Shown here piece after piece: positions 52,979 to 63,123 of a stretch of 64,000 bases of DNA. Below the pieces are notes generated by a model. It saw nothing but the letters and a program-made list of their open reading frames with translations. It had not been told where the DNA came from and did no database searches. The stretch is from an uncultured Nitrososphaeraceae archaeon (GTDB taxonomy: Archaea; Thermoproteota; Nitrososphaeria; Nitrososphaerales; Nitrososphaeraceae): assembly GCA_963729045.1 (NCBI GenBank), contig CAVSMN010000018.1, positions 32,001 through 96,000 of the forward strand. Reading direction: 5' to 3'. The position numbers and the translations under genes are program-made. Every line of letters starts with the position of its first letter. Positions within the stretch are counted from its first letter, which is position 1.

Positions 52979-54809
52979 ATGAATGAATATGAGAATTTTA
53001 AAACGGCCGATATTGTGGCTGAGGCACTCATAGATTGGGGTGTAGATGTTGTATTTGGGTTACCTGGTGATGGTATCAATGGTTTTATTGAAGCACTAAG
53101 ACAAAGACAAGACAAAATAAAGTTTGTTTTGGTGAGACATGAAGAATCCGCAGCATTTATGGCTTGTGCTTATGCTAAATATACAAAAAAGTTAGGAGTT
53201 TGTGTTGCTACGTCCGGGCCAGGTGCCATACATCTTTTAAACGGATTGTATGATGCCAAACTTGATAGTACACCTGTCCTGGCTATTACAGGTACCACCT
53301 ATTCTGATCTTATTGGCTCCAACTATCAACAAGATGTCAATCTTTTGCAGCTGTTTTCTGATGTGGCTACATATAACAACATGATAAACTCACCAGAACA
53401 TGCTGAAATGGCAGTAGATATAGCATGCAGAAATGCTTTGGGCCGTAGAGGAGTGAGTCACTTGACCATTCCAATAGATGTCCAAGAACAAAAATTAAAA
53501 GGTAAATATTCCCCACATAAGGTAAAGGGCCATACCTCGGATATTTTTAACCATGACGTTATTCCAAGTCCGGAATTACTAAGAAAGGCTGCAAATATTC
53601 TCAACGAGGGAAAAAAGATAGTAATACTGGTCGGTCAAGGAGCTCTAGACGCTAGTGACGAGGTTGTTACCATTTGTGAAATGCTTAATGCCCCTGTAGT
53701 CAAAGCCCTTTTGGGAAAAGCCGTAATTTCCGATTACAGTCCCTACAATCTTGGAGGTATTGGCATGTTAGGAACGAGTCCCGCCAGTGACGCAATGAAT
53801 GAAGCAGATACGATACTAATGATAGGAACATCCTTTCCATATATTGACTATCTTCCAAAACCCGGACAAGCAAGAGGAATTCAAATTGACATTCTACCTG
53901 AGAGAATCGGATTACGATATCCTGTGGATATAGGGTTGGTTGGAGACTCCAAACAAACACTGAATTCTCTGATTCCGCTCCTAAACAAAAGATATAAAGA
54001 AGATAACGAATTTTTAACATCAAAACAAAAAGAAATGAAAAAATGGGCAAGTTTGTTAAAAGAACAAGGCAGTCGGTACTGACAAGCCCATTAAACCTCA
54101 AGTCATAGCTACTGCTGTTTCCAATGAATTAGATGATGATGCCATTATCTCCGTAGATAGCGGAACCAATACTATTTGGGCCGCCCGGTATATTTTTGTT
54201 CATGATAAAATGAAATTTTCGCTCTCGGGTACTCTTGCAACAATGGGATGTGGTTTGCCATATGCAATAGCAGCCAAAATTGCATTTCCAGATAGGCAAT
54301 CGGTGGCTTTTGTCGGGGATGGAGGTTTCACCATGTTAATGGGGGAATTTGCAACAGCAGTTCAATATGATTTACCAATCAAGGTTGTGATAATAAAAAA
54401 TAACACATTAGGAATGATACGGTGGGAACAAATGGCTTTTCTCGGAAACCCCGAATATGCTGTAGAATTTACTCCTATTAATTTTGCAAGTTTTGCTGAT
54501 GAATGCGGTGGAAAAGGCTATACTATTACAGAACCAGGAGATGTAGGACTAATCATTCACCAAGCAATGAAGGAAAAAAAACCCACAATTATTGAAGCGT
54601 ATGTAGATCCATTTGATCCTCCAATGCCTCCAAAAGTGGAACCGGAGTTTGTAAAGAACATTGCGGAATCATTTGCAAGGGGACAACCATATGCCTCCAG
54701 GATAGGCTTAACACTCTATAGAAATCAGATCCATGAAAGATTACGAGGTCTCCATCATCATAATTCATTAAAAGATCATGATCACAAGAGTTCTTATAAT
54801 GAGACATGA
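52979..54809 (+). pseudogene. thiamine-PP-dependent pyruvate oxidase/dehydrogenase-like enzyme with a +1 frameshift near 54077
   Basis: FGLPGDG, RHEESAAF, SGPGA.HL.NG; after the shift TDKPIKPQ...VDSGT...SGTLATMGCGLP, GDGG...NN ThDP motif; the two track ORFs are one gene. Confidence 0.9.
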
Positions 54810-55201
54810 CGAAAAAGGACTACAGGCCGCCGACAAAGAAACACGTAAGAGAGTATCAAGAGAAGACGATAAATCTTGATTAAATTTCCTGCCAATCTTT
54901 TATTTCGATACTATCAATAATATCAGTTCTAATCCGTGCGGATTAAGTTCCATGTGGTAGTATGTTCTAGTACGACTTAATAGTAATCAATTTCAAAGTG
55001 GATTAGTTTACCATGTATATGAAATTCCCAGACCAAGTGCTCTGTTACAATATCCGTTTCATTAATGGTAAAAACATCTAGTATTTCTCCTGCTGGTATC
55101 TTAATTACTCCAAAGCCAATATATGGTAGAATGGGTTAAAATTCATATCCGGCATAAGAATCTTGTTGGAATAGATATTTGGGCATGATGATAGAAAGAC
55201 C

Positions 55202-55588
55202 TTAAGGGGTAAATTTGACTTTTAATTCATTATTGTCGTTAATGACCTGATACGTTTGCATATTGTTTGTCCTAACAAATGAGATCATTTCTCCAGCTTT
55301 TACGAAATAATCTTGTATATTTTCTGGTAAGGAACTCATATCCATTCCAGCCATTATGGGATCACTTAGCTTTTGACCAGTAACGATATCGAAGGTGGCA
55401 TAATGCAATGAGCAAGATATTATTTTCTTTTCACCATTAATTCGAATTTGGCCCTTAGACATAGGGGTATTCATATGTCCACAACGTTCTTCAATTGCAT
55501 AGAACTGTCCATCAATATTTACAAGTGCTATCTCTTTTCCACCAATGTCTATGTGCTTCATTGATTGAGGAGGAATTTCGTTTGCCAA
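55202..55588 (-). CDS. Rieske [2Fe-2S] ferredoxin
   Basis: CGH and CSLH ligands, FDIVTG; frame open upstream to about 55624, start uncertain. Confidence 0.88.
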   Translation of the reverse strand: MANEIPPQSMKHIDIGGKEIALVNIDGQFYAIEERCGHMNTPMSKGQIRINGEKKIISCSLHYATFDIVTGQKLSDPIMAGMDMSSLPENIQDYFVKAGEMISFVRTNNMQTYQVINDNNELKVKFTP

Positions 55589-56056
55589 TGCAACTTTGAC
55601 TAAATCATTTTCAACGTTCGTGATCTAAGTAAACACAGATTTACATATAAAGTTATCGTATGTCCGATATATTACCATTTTCCGATTATTTACAATGAAT
55701 TTCTAAATTGTATCTTAAAACAAGCTTGTCAAATATTTCTACATCCCATAACTTGCAAATTCCTTATTAAAATATTCTAAGCGTTCTAGATTGTTTTGTT
55801 GTCGATCTAGTGATTTCTTTGGTTTAATGTCATTATTTTTTTAGTTAATTCTATTTGTTTGATAATTTAAAAAAATTTAGTTCCAAATCAGTAAGCGGAT
55901 CTGGTTTGAGACTGTTAATACTTCTTTTACTACCACTATTTTCCAAGCCAGCAACAAGTATAATAATAAAAATTAAGTGGGAGTTAATTGTGTTAGATAG
56001 CTTTGTTCCCTGGTTCGCAAACTAAAATTAAAAGTCTTTGGATCTTGGACAGTGTT

Positions 56057-56479
56057 TATACGGTAAAAATTAGTGGTGATGAAACCCAAGGGAGATATAG
56101 TGTATGAGAAATTGAAGTAGCTCTCCGTAATGGGTCTTCACCTCATAAACATTTAATGGAGGATGAGGCATACTATGTTTTAGATGGAGATTTTTCATTT
56201 CTGTATGGCGATAAAGAGACAAGGGCTGGTAAGGGACAGTTCATATATGTTCAAAGATGGAAGTTTCACACTTACAAGAATATTGGTAGCTCTTCTGAAA
56301 AGTTGTTATTAATTATCACTCCACCACAATTTGAAAAATTCTTTGAAGAAATTGGAATACCAGTTAAAGACAAATTATCATTTCAAACTCCCCAGATAAC
56401 GCCTGCCATTATTGAAAATGTTGTAAAAGCGGCAGCAAAGTATGGCGTTGAAATAAAAATACAGGCAATTGACCAATAA
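56057..56479 (+). pseudogene. cupin-domain pseudogene
   Basis: YTVKISGDETQGRYSV*EIEV...PHKH..EDEAYYVLDG: in-frame TGA at 56105 and degraded 5' end. Confidence 0.75.
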
Positions 56480-56892
56480 ACCTCTATGTATGATCTTGCT
56501 TTGAAATGACGTTTCAATCAGTCATTATTTTCCAAATTCCTACTCTTCCCCTTGGTGTTATTCTGCCTGTTTGATTTCTTCAATTCGTTTGGTTGATACT
56601 GAATTTTGTTCTATCATTGAGCATATTTACAATTCCATTCACGAGTCGATTGGTCAAATTCAAATTGATACCCGTGGCTTCTGTAAGACCTTGACGTTTC
56701 TGTTGTAATGATATCCAAACAATTTAAGCTACCGTTTGATATGCTTTAGAATTTCATTAATCTGATCAAAACAAGATTTTGGGATCCATCTTATAATAGT
56801 AATATCACCAAATATTATCTACTACTTCTTTGAAGTGTTTTTATCATCTCCAGAGCCGTCACCTATGCCGGTGCCATAATCGACTACTTTAT

Positions 56893-58101
56893 CTAATTTT
56901 CTGCCAACTTGTTCTTAAATGATTTTTTCAACCAGATTGGAGTAATTATTGTAGTGGTAGCCACCATAATAATTATTGATGTATAGATATCTGTAGAGAG
57001 TACTCCCGATGTTACCCCTACACCGGCCACAATCAATCCGACCTCACCACGAGATATCATCCCTATCCCCACTCTCATCGATCCTTGTTTATCCTTAAGA
57101 AATATCAGAGATGGTAACCCACATCCGACTAACTTTGTGGAAATTGCTATTGCTATGATTATTCCAGAAATTATCAAAACATCTATATTAACACCTCTTA
57201 GATCAACTTGAGCACCTATAATTGCAAAAAATAGAGGTGCAAAAATAAATTGTAATTTGTGAGCATATTCTTCAACTTGTTTGACTAACTTAGTGCTAGC
57301 TACGGCCATTCCTGCAGCAAATGCACCTACAATCGGAGATAGACCTACATAGGCGGCAAGACCTGCAATACCAAAGAAAATGGCTGTAGTAATTCCTTCT
57401 ATACTACCTTTTGACCTCCACAATTTTTCTCTATGCAATATTCTTGGAATGAGAAAGATAGCACCAATGAGTAACACTGCAAATAACCCAAGGATTTTAA
57501 GAATTATGAATGCGATATCCATTATTTGAGGTGTAGTGTTACCTGATTGAACCATAGTAACAACAACTGATAATATGGCTATCGCAAGGATATCGTCGAC
57601 TATTGCTGCTCCAAGTATAAGTCGAGCCTCTTTTGATTGCATCCTTCCTAATTCGGTTAATACCTGAATAGAAATCGCTATACTTGTAGCTGTTAATGCC
57701 GTGGCTATGAGTAGTGTTTCAAATGAATCGAAGCCATATATTGAAAGAACTACAAATCCAACAGAGAATGGCACGATTACACCTAATGCGCCAACTGTAA
57801 ATGATGCCATTCCACCTCTTAGAAACTCTCTTGGTGTAATCTCAAGTCCCGCAATAAACAAGATTATGATGGCAGCTAATTCTCCGATATATTTGATGGT
57901 TTCATCAAGCACCACCAAAGGTTCACCTCCAAATAACGGGAGTCCACCCAAAGCATAGGGGCCAACAATTATGCCTGCTAATAATTCACCTAATACAACC
58001 GGTTGCTTTATCCGTTGGAATATTTCTGCAAATATTTTGGCAGAAAATAGAAGAATAGAAAGAGAAATGATAATATGAATAAAGACAGATTCAGATGCCA
58101 T
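56893..58101 (-). CDS. cation/H+ antiporter (CPA2 family)
   Basis: P.VLGELLAGIIVGP, LFIAGLE, TATS, AAIVDD, GAF.AG, RGEVGL. Confidence 0.93.
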   Translation of the reverse strand: MASESVFIHIIISLSILLFSAKIFAEIFQRIKQPVVLGELLAGIIVGPYALGGLPLFGGEPLVVLDETIKYIGELAAIIILFIAGLEITPREFLRGGMASFTVGALGVIVPFSVGFVVLSIYGFDSFETLLIATALTATSIAISIQVLTELGRMQSKEARLILGAAIVDDILAIAILSVVVTMVQSGNTTPQIMDIAFIILKILGLFAVLLIGAIFLIPRILHREKLWRSKGSIEGITTAIFFGIAGLAAYVGLSPIVGAFAAGMAVASTKLVKQVEEYAHKLQFIFAPLFFAIIGAQVDLRGVNIDVLIISGIIIAIAISTKLVGCGLPSLIFLKDKQGSMRVGIGMISRGEVGLIVAGVGVTSGVLSTDIYTSIIIMVATTTIITPIWLKKSFKNKLAEN

Positions 58102-58212
58102 CGACTACAAATATCCTAGAATATTTTCATTATAATAATATAACAGTAAAGTAGATTGCTTTTCTTAATTGTACCCAACGAACTAATTCTACATACACGA
58201 TGCTTAACAATC

Positions 58213-58650
58213 TTAGAACAAATTTTTTGGTATATCATCCAAATCGTAGTAGTAACCTAATATGTTATCAACCGTGTGTTCTAGCTGAGTATTACTGTTT
58301 ATTAGAACGAATATAGTTTTCTCAAATTCATAGATTTTTAGTATTCGTAAATTTTCATATTCTAAAACTACCCATTTTAATCTTCCAAGAATATTGTTAT
58401 TTACTACTGCTGCATGTGGTATTTTTTCTGTTTGAGGTGTTTTATCATCTCTGACGTGGTTAAGGTTCAGCCCTAAAGCTGGGACTATTGCAGAATCAAC
58501 ATAGTTTTTATCAATGCGGGAATTCTCGGCAATATACAATTCTTTCATTTGAGAAGATACCATAATAAAAACAGCCAAAATGTCATCGTCAACTTCTACT
58601 AGATGCCTTATTTTATCGTAGTTTTTATTTTCCACATCATATTCTTTCAC
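58213..58650 (-). CDS. hypothetical protein (possible roadblock/profilin-like fold)
   Basis: D.DILAVFI...LG.LKWVVLEYENL pattern; weak. Confidence 0.6.
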   Translation of the reverse strand: MKEYDVENKNYDKIRHLVEVDDDILAVFIMVSSQMKELYIAENSRIDKNYVDSAIVPALGLNLNHVRDDKTPQTEKIPHAAVVNNNILGRLKWVVLEYENLRILKIYEFEKTIFVLINSNTQLEHTVDNILGYYYDLDDIPKNLF

Positions 58651-58998
58651 TGATTTAGTATGAAATTAGACGAATAAATCATTTTAATTCAAAATCTCTG
58701 AATCACAGTCGGAAAGAAAAATTATTTCTTGTTATAACATGCTTGACTCAAAAAAATTATGAATTTCCTTAACTTAATTTCTAAACTACTTTTTTTCCAG
58801 ATAAATAGATTAATTTTCAGATGTATAAAGGAAAGAATTACAAACTATTGAAGCAAGTAGGTCCCTAGTTTAGTAGGTACTTTGATTTGCTTGCAATAAA
58901 ATGAATGGATTATCAAAATAAAAAGCAATCATCCATAAAAAATCATCTTTGAAAACCAAAAGATATCTGGTTTAATAACCAAAGCAGGATTATATCCC

Positions 58999-59367
58999 TT
59001 ATTCTGGTTTCTTTGCATAATCTCCCATACCAGTAAAGTCAATAGAAACACAGGGTTCATCTCCTACTACCCAAGCATCGTGCCCTGGTGGGATTACTGC
59101 GGTATCTCCGGGTCCCCCTTCAATTTCGGTTCCATCATCCATTCTTACTTTCATCCTTCCGGAGATAATTACTGAAGTATGCGGAGCCTGACAACTATTT
59201 GTGTTGACTAATGGTTTTACACATTTCCCCCAACTCCAACCTGGCTCGAGGATTGCTCTACCAATTATGACATTGCCTAAGTTTACAATCTCAACTTTTC
59301 CCTTTTCAAAGGTTCTTACTTCATCAGGAGAGTCGAAATTTTTTGCTAGTAATTTTGTTGTTGACAT
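58999..59367 (-). CDS. cupin-domain protein
   Basis: FDSPDEVR.F, EPGWSW, CQAPH, SGRM, GD..VIPPGHDAWVVGDEP. Confidence 0.9.
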   Translation of the reverse strand: MSTTKLLAKNFDSPDEVRTFEKGKVEIVNLGNVIIGRAILEPGWSWGKCVKPLVNTNSCQAPHTSVIISGRMKVRMDDGTEIEGGPGDTAVIPPGHDAWVVGDEPCVSIDFTGMGDYAKKPE

Positions 59368-59412
59368 TTTATTATCAAAAGTAGGTTTGTAATGCTTTGA
59401 TTATAAGCATTA

Positions 59413-59445
59413 TTCCATATCTATTCCAAATTTATTCCAAATTTT
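59413..59445 (-). promoter_or_regulatory. triple 11-bp direct repeat upstream of the cupin TATA box
   Basis: ttccatatcta ttccaaattta ttccaaatttt; TTATAA at 59401-59406. Confidence 0.75.
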
Positions 59446-59619
59446 TGAATAACTCCAATTATTTGTATAGTACAAAATGATCTTGTCATGTCAAAAAGTA
59501 TCGATATACTAGCTTCCATTCAATGTATGTATGTATAAAGCCAACATAAACAAGAATATTTCACAGATTGTTACTATATTAGTAACTGTAATGGATTGAC
59601 TAAATCTACAATTTTTTTC

Positions 59620-60273
59620 CTATTGAACTTTGAGTTCTGCACTACCAAATAGAACCGAAAATGCCTTACACCATATCAGGGCGGTGTCATATTTTGACAA
59701 GTCAGTACCAGGAGGAATATCATAATTTTGATTTCCATTATTAGCTTTTAGTTTCCCAAGATTTACAAAATCTAATGCATTCTTATCTGTTGATAAATAA
59801 ACATACAGATCAGGTCCATTTGTTACCTTTAGATTTTCTAATCTAAGTACATTTGTATCGTCCTGGAGGGGAATAATTTTTGCTATGCCCTCTGCATTGT
59901 GAATTCCATCGTTAACACCGGTAAATACACCTGAAATTAGTGGTTGATTTGGATCAAATGAAGTAACAGTTTTATTTATAGATTCATCAATTTTGTTGTT
60001 ACTGCTATCATTGCTTGAATTGGCATATTGAATCATCAGTTGGTTTTTCTGAGAATTGCTCATATTCTCTGCGGCTCTGACCCTTTCATCCTCGCCCATT
60101 TTGCTATACTTCTCAAAAGATATTGAAGAAGCGGAATTGGTAGGAAATTGCTCATTTATTTCTGTTGATATGAACAATGGCGAAGCTAGATAAACTGTTA
60201 TCATCAAGGCAACTACACCAATAGTTAGATAAGTAATTTTCTTAAAAATAGGGTAATGTCCATTACCATTCAT
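59620..60273 (-). CDS. membrane-anchored DM13-domain protein
   Basis: G.F.G...H.AEG, LRLEN...NGPDLYVYLS, LG.LK.N.GNQNY.IP, IWC..F.V.FG.A.L. Confidence 0.92.
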   Translation of the reverse strand: MNGNGHYPIFKKITYLTIGVVALMITVYLASPLFISTEINEQFPTNSASSISFEKYSKMGEDERVRAAENMSNSQKNQLMIQYANSSNDSSNNKIDESINKTVTSFDPNQPLISGVFTGVNDGIHNAEGIAKIIPLQDDTNVLRLENLKVTNGPDLYVYLSTDKNALDFVNLGKLKANNGNQNYDIPPGTDLSKYDTALIWCKAFSVLFGSAELKVQ

Positions 60274-60308
60274 AAAGAATAGATTAGATTGAAAGACTAT
60301 AAAGGATC

Positions 60309-60341
60309 TTCCATATTAGATCCAAATCTGTTCCAAATATT
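60309..60341 (-). promoter_or_regulatory. triple 11-bp direct repeat upstream of the DM13 TATA box
   Basis: ttccatattag atccaaatctg ttccaaatatt; TTTATA (minus strand) at about 60298-60303. Confidence 0.7.
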
Positions 60342-60468
60342 AGTTTTGGTATTCTGATAATTTTATGTGCAAGTCAGTGAGTCATAATGATGCAAAAACA
60401 AGATCTTAAAAATTGAACTGAAAGGAAAGATATGATATACTTTTGTTGAATTTTAGATAGTGTAGGTT

Positions 60469-61686
60469 TTACCCAAATGTAAATGTATATATCTGAAATC
60501 CTTTGCCTTTCACATCAATCATTATTGATCTTGGCTCATAGTCGTCATAAAGCCCTACATTATATAGCCTTTGTTTGTCGACTATAACGTTTCCATCTTT
60601 TTGGACATCAATAGCATGATTATCAATGCCTATTTTTGACAGGTTGCTTTCTAAGATAGATACTTGTTGACCATTACCTGATGCAACAATGTTGATCGCT
60701 TTTGCATAATAGGTCAGAATGATTTTACCATCATCACTAATTAATTCCATATTGTCTTTATTGTTCTTCCAAATTCCATCAAAGTAAACGATATTAGGTT
60801 CTAAAGACGTTTTATTTGGATCAAATTTGTAGTCGACTGATTCATCCGGTTGGAAGCTCTCTATATTACCTAATGGAGATCTGGCTGTGGAATATCCAAG
60901 ATAAATTTCAGGGGAGAGATTTTGATTAGGGTCAACATAATCAAGGCTACCCGAAGTCATACTAGACAACATTGATTTGTTTAGGTTAAACGTTATTTCG
61001 GTCTTATTTTCTAAAGAAGCCTTTTCTGCAAGCAGTGTTTGAATGGTCTTTTCGGTCTCATTATAGCCGCCTTCTCCAATGTGATCATCTCTAATATATC
61101 CCTGAGAATCTATTAGATAGTGCCTTGGCCAATAATTATTGTTATAAGCATCCCATGTCTTGTGTTCGCTATCGAGGACTATAGGGTATTTGATACCAAA
61201 CTCTTTTACTGCATCCTGTACATTCTCTAGATTTTTTTCAAAATCAAACTCTGGTGAATGTACTCCTACAATAACAAAACCCTGGTCTGAATATCTATCA
61301 TACCAATCGTTAAGGTATGGAATAGTTCTAATACAGTTTATACAAGTATACGTCCAAAAATCCAAAAGTACTACCTTGTTTCTTAAATCAGACAGTTTTA
61401 CAGGTTGATTGTTTGCTGTATTTATATAAGAATCAATTCCGGTTAACTCAGGAGCCTTAACAAACCCACTCTTGTCTATGCTTGTAAAAGCGGTTTTATT
61501 TAACTTTAAGGTTACCAAATCACCACTCTTAATTAATGACTTGTCGACTATGTCTTCTAATTGTTTTTGTTGTAAATAGCTTTGAGAGGTATTTATATAA
61601 AAGTTAAAATAAATACCAAAGCCAGTAATTAACGAGATTACCGCCAAGGCAGTAAGAATTGCACTGATATTGTCTTTGTTCATCAT
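60469..61686 (-). CDS. membrane-anchored thioredoxin-like protein, DipZ-type (redoxin plus C-terminal domain)
   Basis: DFWTYTCINCIRT, GVHSPEF.FE, NNYWP..YLID, GEGGY, PEIYLG, RLYN, terminal YTFTFG. Confidence 0.92.
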   Translation of the reverse strand: MMNKDNISAILTALAVISLITGFGIYFNFYINTSQSYLQQKQLEDIVDKSLIKSGDLVTLKLNKTAFTSIDKSGFVKAPELTGIDSYINTANNQPVKLSDLRNKVVLLDFWTYTCINCIRTIPYLNDWYDRYSDQGFVIVGVHSPEFDFEKNLENVQDAVKEFGIKYPIVLDSEHKTWDAYNNNYWPRHYLIDSQGYIRDDHIGEGGYNETEKTIQTLLAEKASLENKTEITFNLNKSMLSSMTSGSLDYVDPNQNLSPEIYLGYSTARSPLGNIESFQPDESVDYKFDPNKTSLEPNIVYFDGIWKNNKDNMELISDDGKIILTYYAKAINIVASGNGQQVSILESNLSKIGIDNHAIDVQKDGNVIVDKQRLYNVGLYDDYEPRSIMIDVKGKGFQIYTFTFG

Positions 61687-61712
61687 TTAATCATTCCATC
61701 TCCTCATCAGCA

Positions 61713-62504
61713 TTAACTGCCAATCAGCTGTCCAACAAATGGAATATTAATGAGAAGTGTCAATTGATTGAAAAATATCAATAGTCCTATTACTATTAGA
61801 ATACTCCCCATTATGAGATTGAAATATTTCAAATGTTTTGTCAGCTTCTTGATTACTCCTGTAGCTTGTGAAAAGAACGCCCCTGTAATTAAGAACGGAA
61901 TTCCTAAACCTAATGAATATGCTAATAACAGGTTATAAGCTGTTCCAGGGTTTGTGGCAGCTAATGTAAAAGTGCTCCCCAAGATAGGTCCTACACAAGG
62001 GGTCCATCCCGCAGCAAATGCTATACCAAATACAAAAGAGGTGATATAACTTGTCTTGAATTTAGGAATTTTAGTAAACTTTCTTTCCATATTAAGTCGA
62101 CTTATTTTTAAAGAAAGAATCAAATTTGCTCCAAATGCGATAATAACAATTCCTCCTATGTAAGACAAATATTGTTGAAAATTGTATCCAATGGTTGTGG
62201 CAAAAATGCTATTCAGAATGACACCCAATACTGAAAATACGAGTGAAAATCCCAGTACGAAATAAATTGTATTTATAAAAATATTTAGCCGTACCTTTTT
62301 TGAAACAAATATTATTTGATTACTATTTGGACTTTTATTTTCTTGGCTACCTTGGACTTTTTGTATGTCATCATTTGTTGCCTCTCTAATTGATGAGCTG
62401 GACAGATAAGACAAAAATCCAGGAATGATGGGCAAAATACATGGAGATAAGAATGAGCCCAATCCAGCAAGGGCAGAAAGCAAAATGGGAGTTTCTATTG
62501 TCAA
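61713..62504 (-). CDS. ccdA: cytochrome c biogenesis / thiol-disulfide transporter CcdA
   Basis: AG..SFLSPCILP and AAGWTPCVGPILG, YSLGLGIPF; TTG at 62504 preferred. Confidence 0.93.
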   Translation of the reverse strand: MTIETPILLSALAGLGSFLSPCILPIIPGFLSYLSSSSIREATNDDIQKVQGSQENKSPNSNQIIFVSKKVRLNIFINTIYFVLGFSLVFSVLGVILNSIFATTIGYNFQQYLSYIGGIVIIAFGANLILSLKISRLNMERKFTKIPKFKTSYITSFVFGIAFAAGWTPCVGPILGSTFTLAATNPGTAYNLLLAYSLGLGIPFLITGAFFSQATGVIKKLTKHLKYFNLIMGSILIVIGLLIFFNQLTLLINIPFVGQLIGS

Positions 62505-62593
62505 TCGAACATTCCCAACCTTCTTTTCTTTGTATAGTCTGTGGTTGCAATTACAATTGTCAATGCAATACAAATCAAAAAGTTTTTGTTCAT
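62501..62593 (-). CDS. 30-aa ORF upstream of and overlapping the ccdA start (not in ORF track)
   Basis: MNKNFLICIALTIVIATTDYTKKRRLGMFD*; ATG about 25 bp below a TATTAA box; TGA overlaps the ccdA TTG (TTGA). Confidence 0.5.
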   Translation of the reverse strand: MNKNFLICIALTIVIATTDYTKKRRLGMFD

Positions 62594-62628
62594 GGAAACA
62601 CTAGTCATAAAAATGCATTAATAGTTAT

Positions 62629-62661
62629 TTCCAGATCTATTCCAGATCTATTCCAGATCTT
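62629..62661 (-). promoter_or_regulatory. triple 11-bp direct repeat (TTCCAGATCTA) upstream of the ccdA operon promoter
   Basis: ttccagatcta ttccagatcta ttccagatctt. Confidence 0.8.
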
Positions 62662-62764
62662 GTTTGACAAAAATGATTTGATTTTATTTAAAGGATTGGT
62701 GAGTTATATACTACTGCTAAAAAACAACAATCCAACAACGAGAATAGTTGAATGACTCGGCAAT

Positions 62765-63052
62765 TTATTCCAGAGTTATCTTTAGGAATATGATTAAGCC
62801 CGCCATTTCAGCAATGGAAATAGTAAGTAGATAAGGTACAAGTAAATCAGAAAATAACATTGACATGGTAATGTACGAATAAACAGATATTATGCTATTT
62901 ATCATAAGCAAGCTGCAAAAGAAGATCAAGCCTAAGGTAAAGTTGGCTCTGCTGTTTAGGTATATTTTTGCAAATGTAAATACCAAAGCACCTAGCAATC
63001 CCAAATTTACCATATTAATAAGTGCATTGATTGTACCCATCCAAACGTCCAT
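62765..63052 (-). CDS. small three-TM membrane protein
   Basis: Three hydrophobic helices, Y...R..FTLGL..F pattern; adjacent to the ArsR-like gene. Confidence 0.8.
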   Translation of the reverse strand: MDVWMGTINALINMVNLGLLGALVFTFAKIYLNSRANFTLGLIFFCSLLMINSIISVYSYITMSMLFSDLLVPYLLTISIAEMAGLIIFLKITLE

Positions 63053-63098
63053 TTAACTAAATCGTATGTAAATGCAGTGTAAGTATTTATTTATTTAT

Positions 63099-63120
63099 TT
63101 CCAGATCTATTCCACATTCT
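63099..63120 (-). promoter_or_regulatory. double 11-bp direct repeat upstream of the membrane-protein gene
   Basis: ttccagatcta ttccacattct next to an ATAAATA box. Confidence 0.7.
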
Positions 63121-63123
63121 AAT

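Noticed and set aside
56105..56107. In-frame TGA in the cupin gene as selenocysteine or readthrough
   Set aside because: The position fits a TGG-to-TGA nonsense change, the 5' end is also degraded, and no SECIS-like hairpin is evident
62505..62573. Cys-rich N-terminal extension of CcdA (MYCIDNCNCNH) from the ORF track
   Set aside because: It is the alternative frame of the 30-aa upstream ORF; CcdA similarity begins at the TTG at 62504
62629..62661. CRISPR array or replication iterons
   Set aside because: Units are 11 bp with no spacers, no cas or rep/orc gene is nearby, and the motif recurs specifically at promoters
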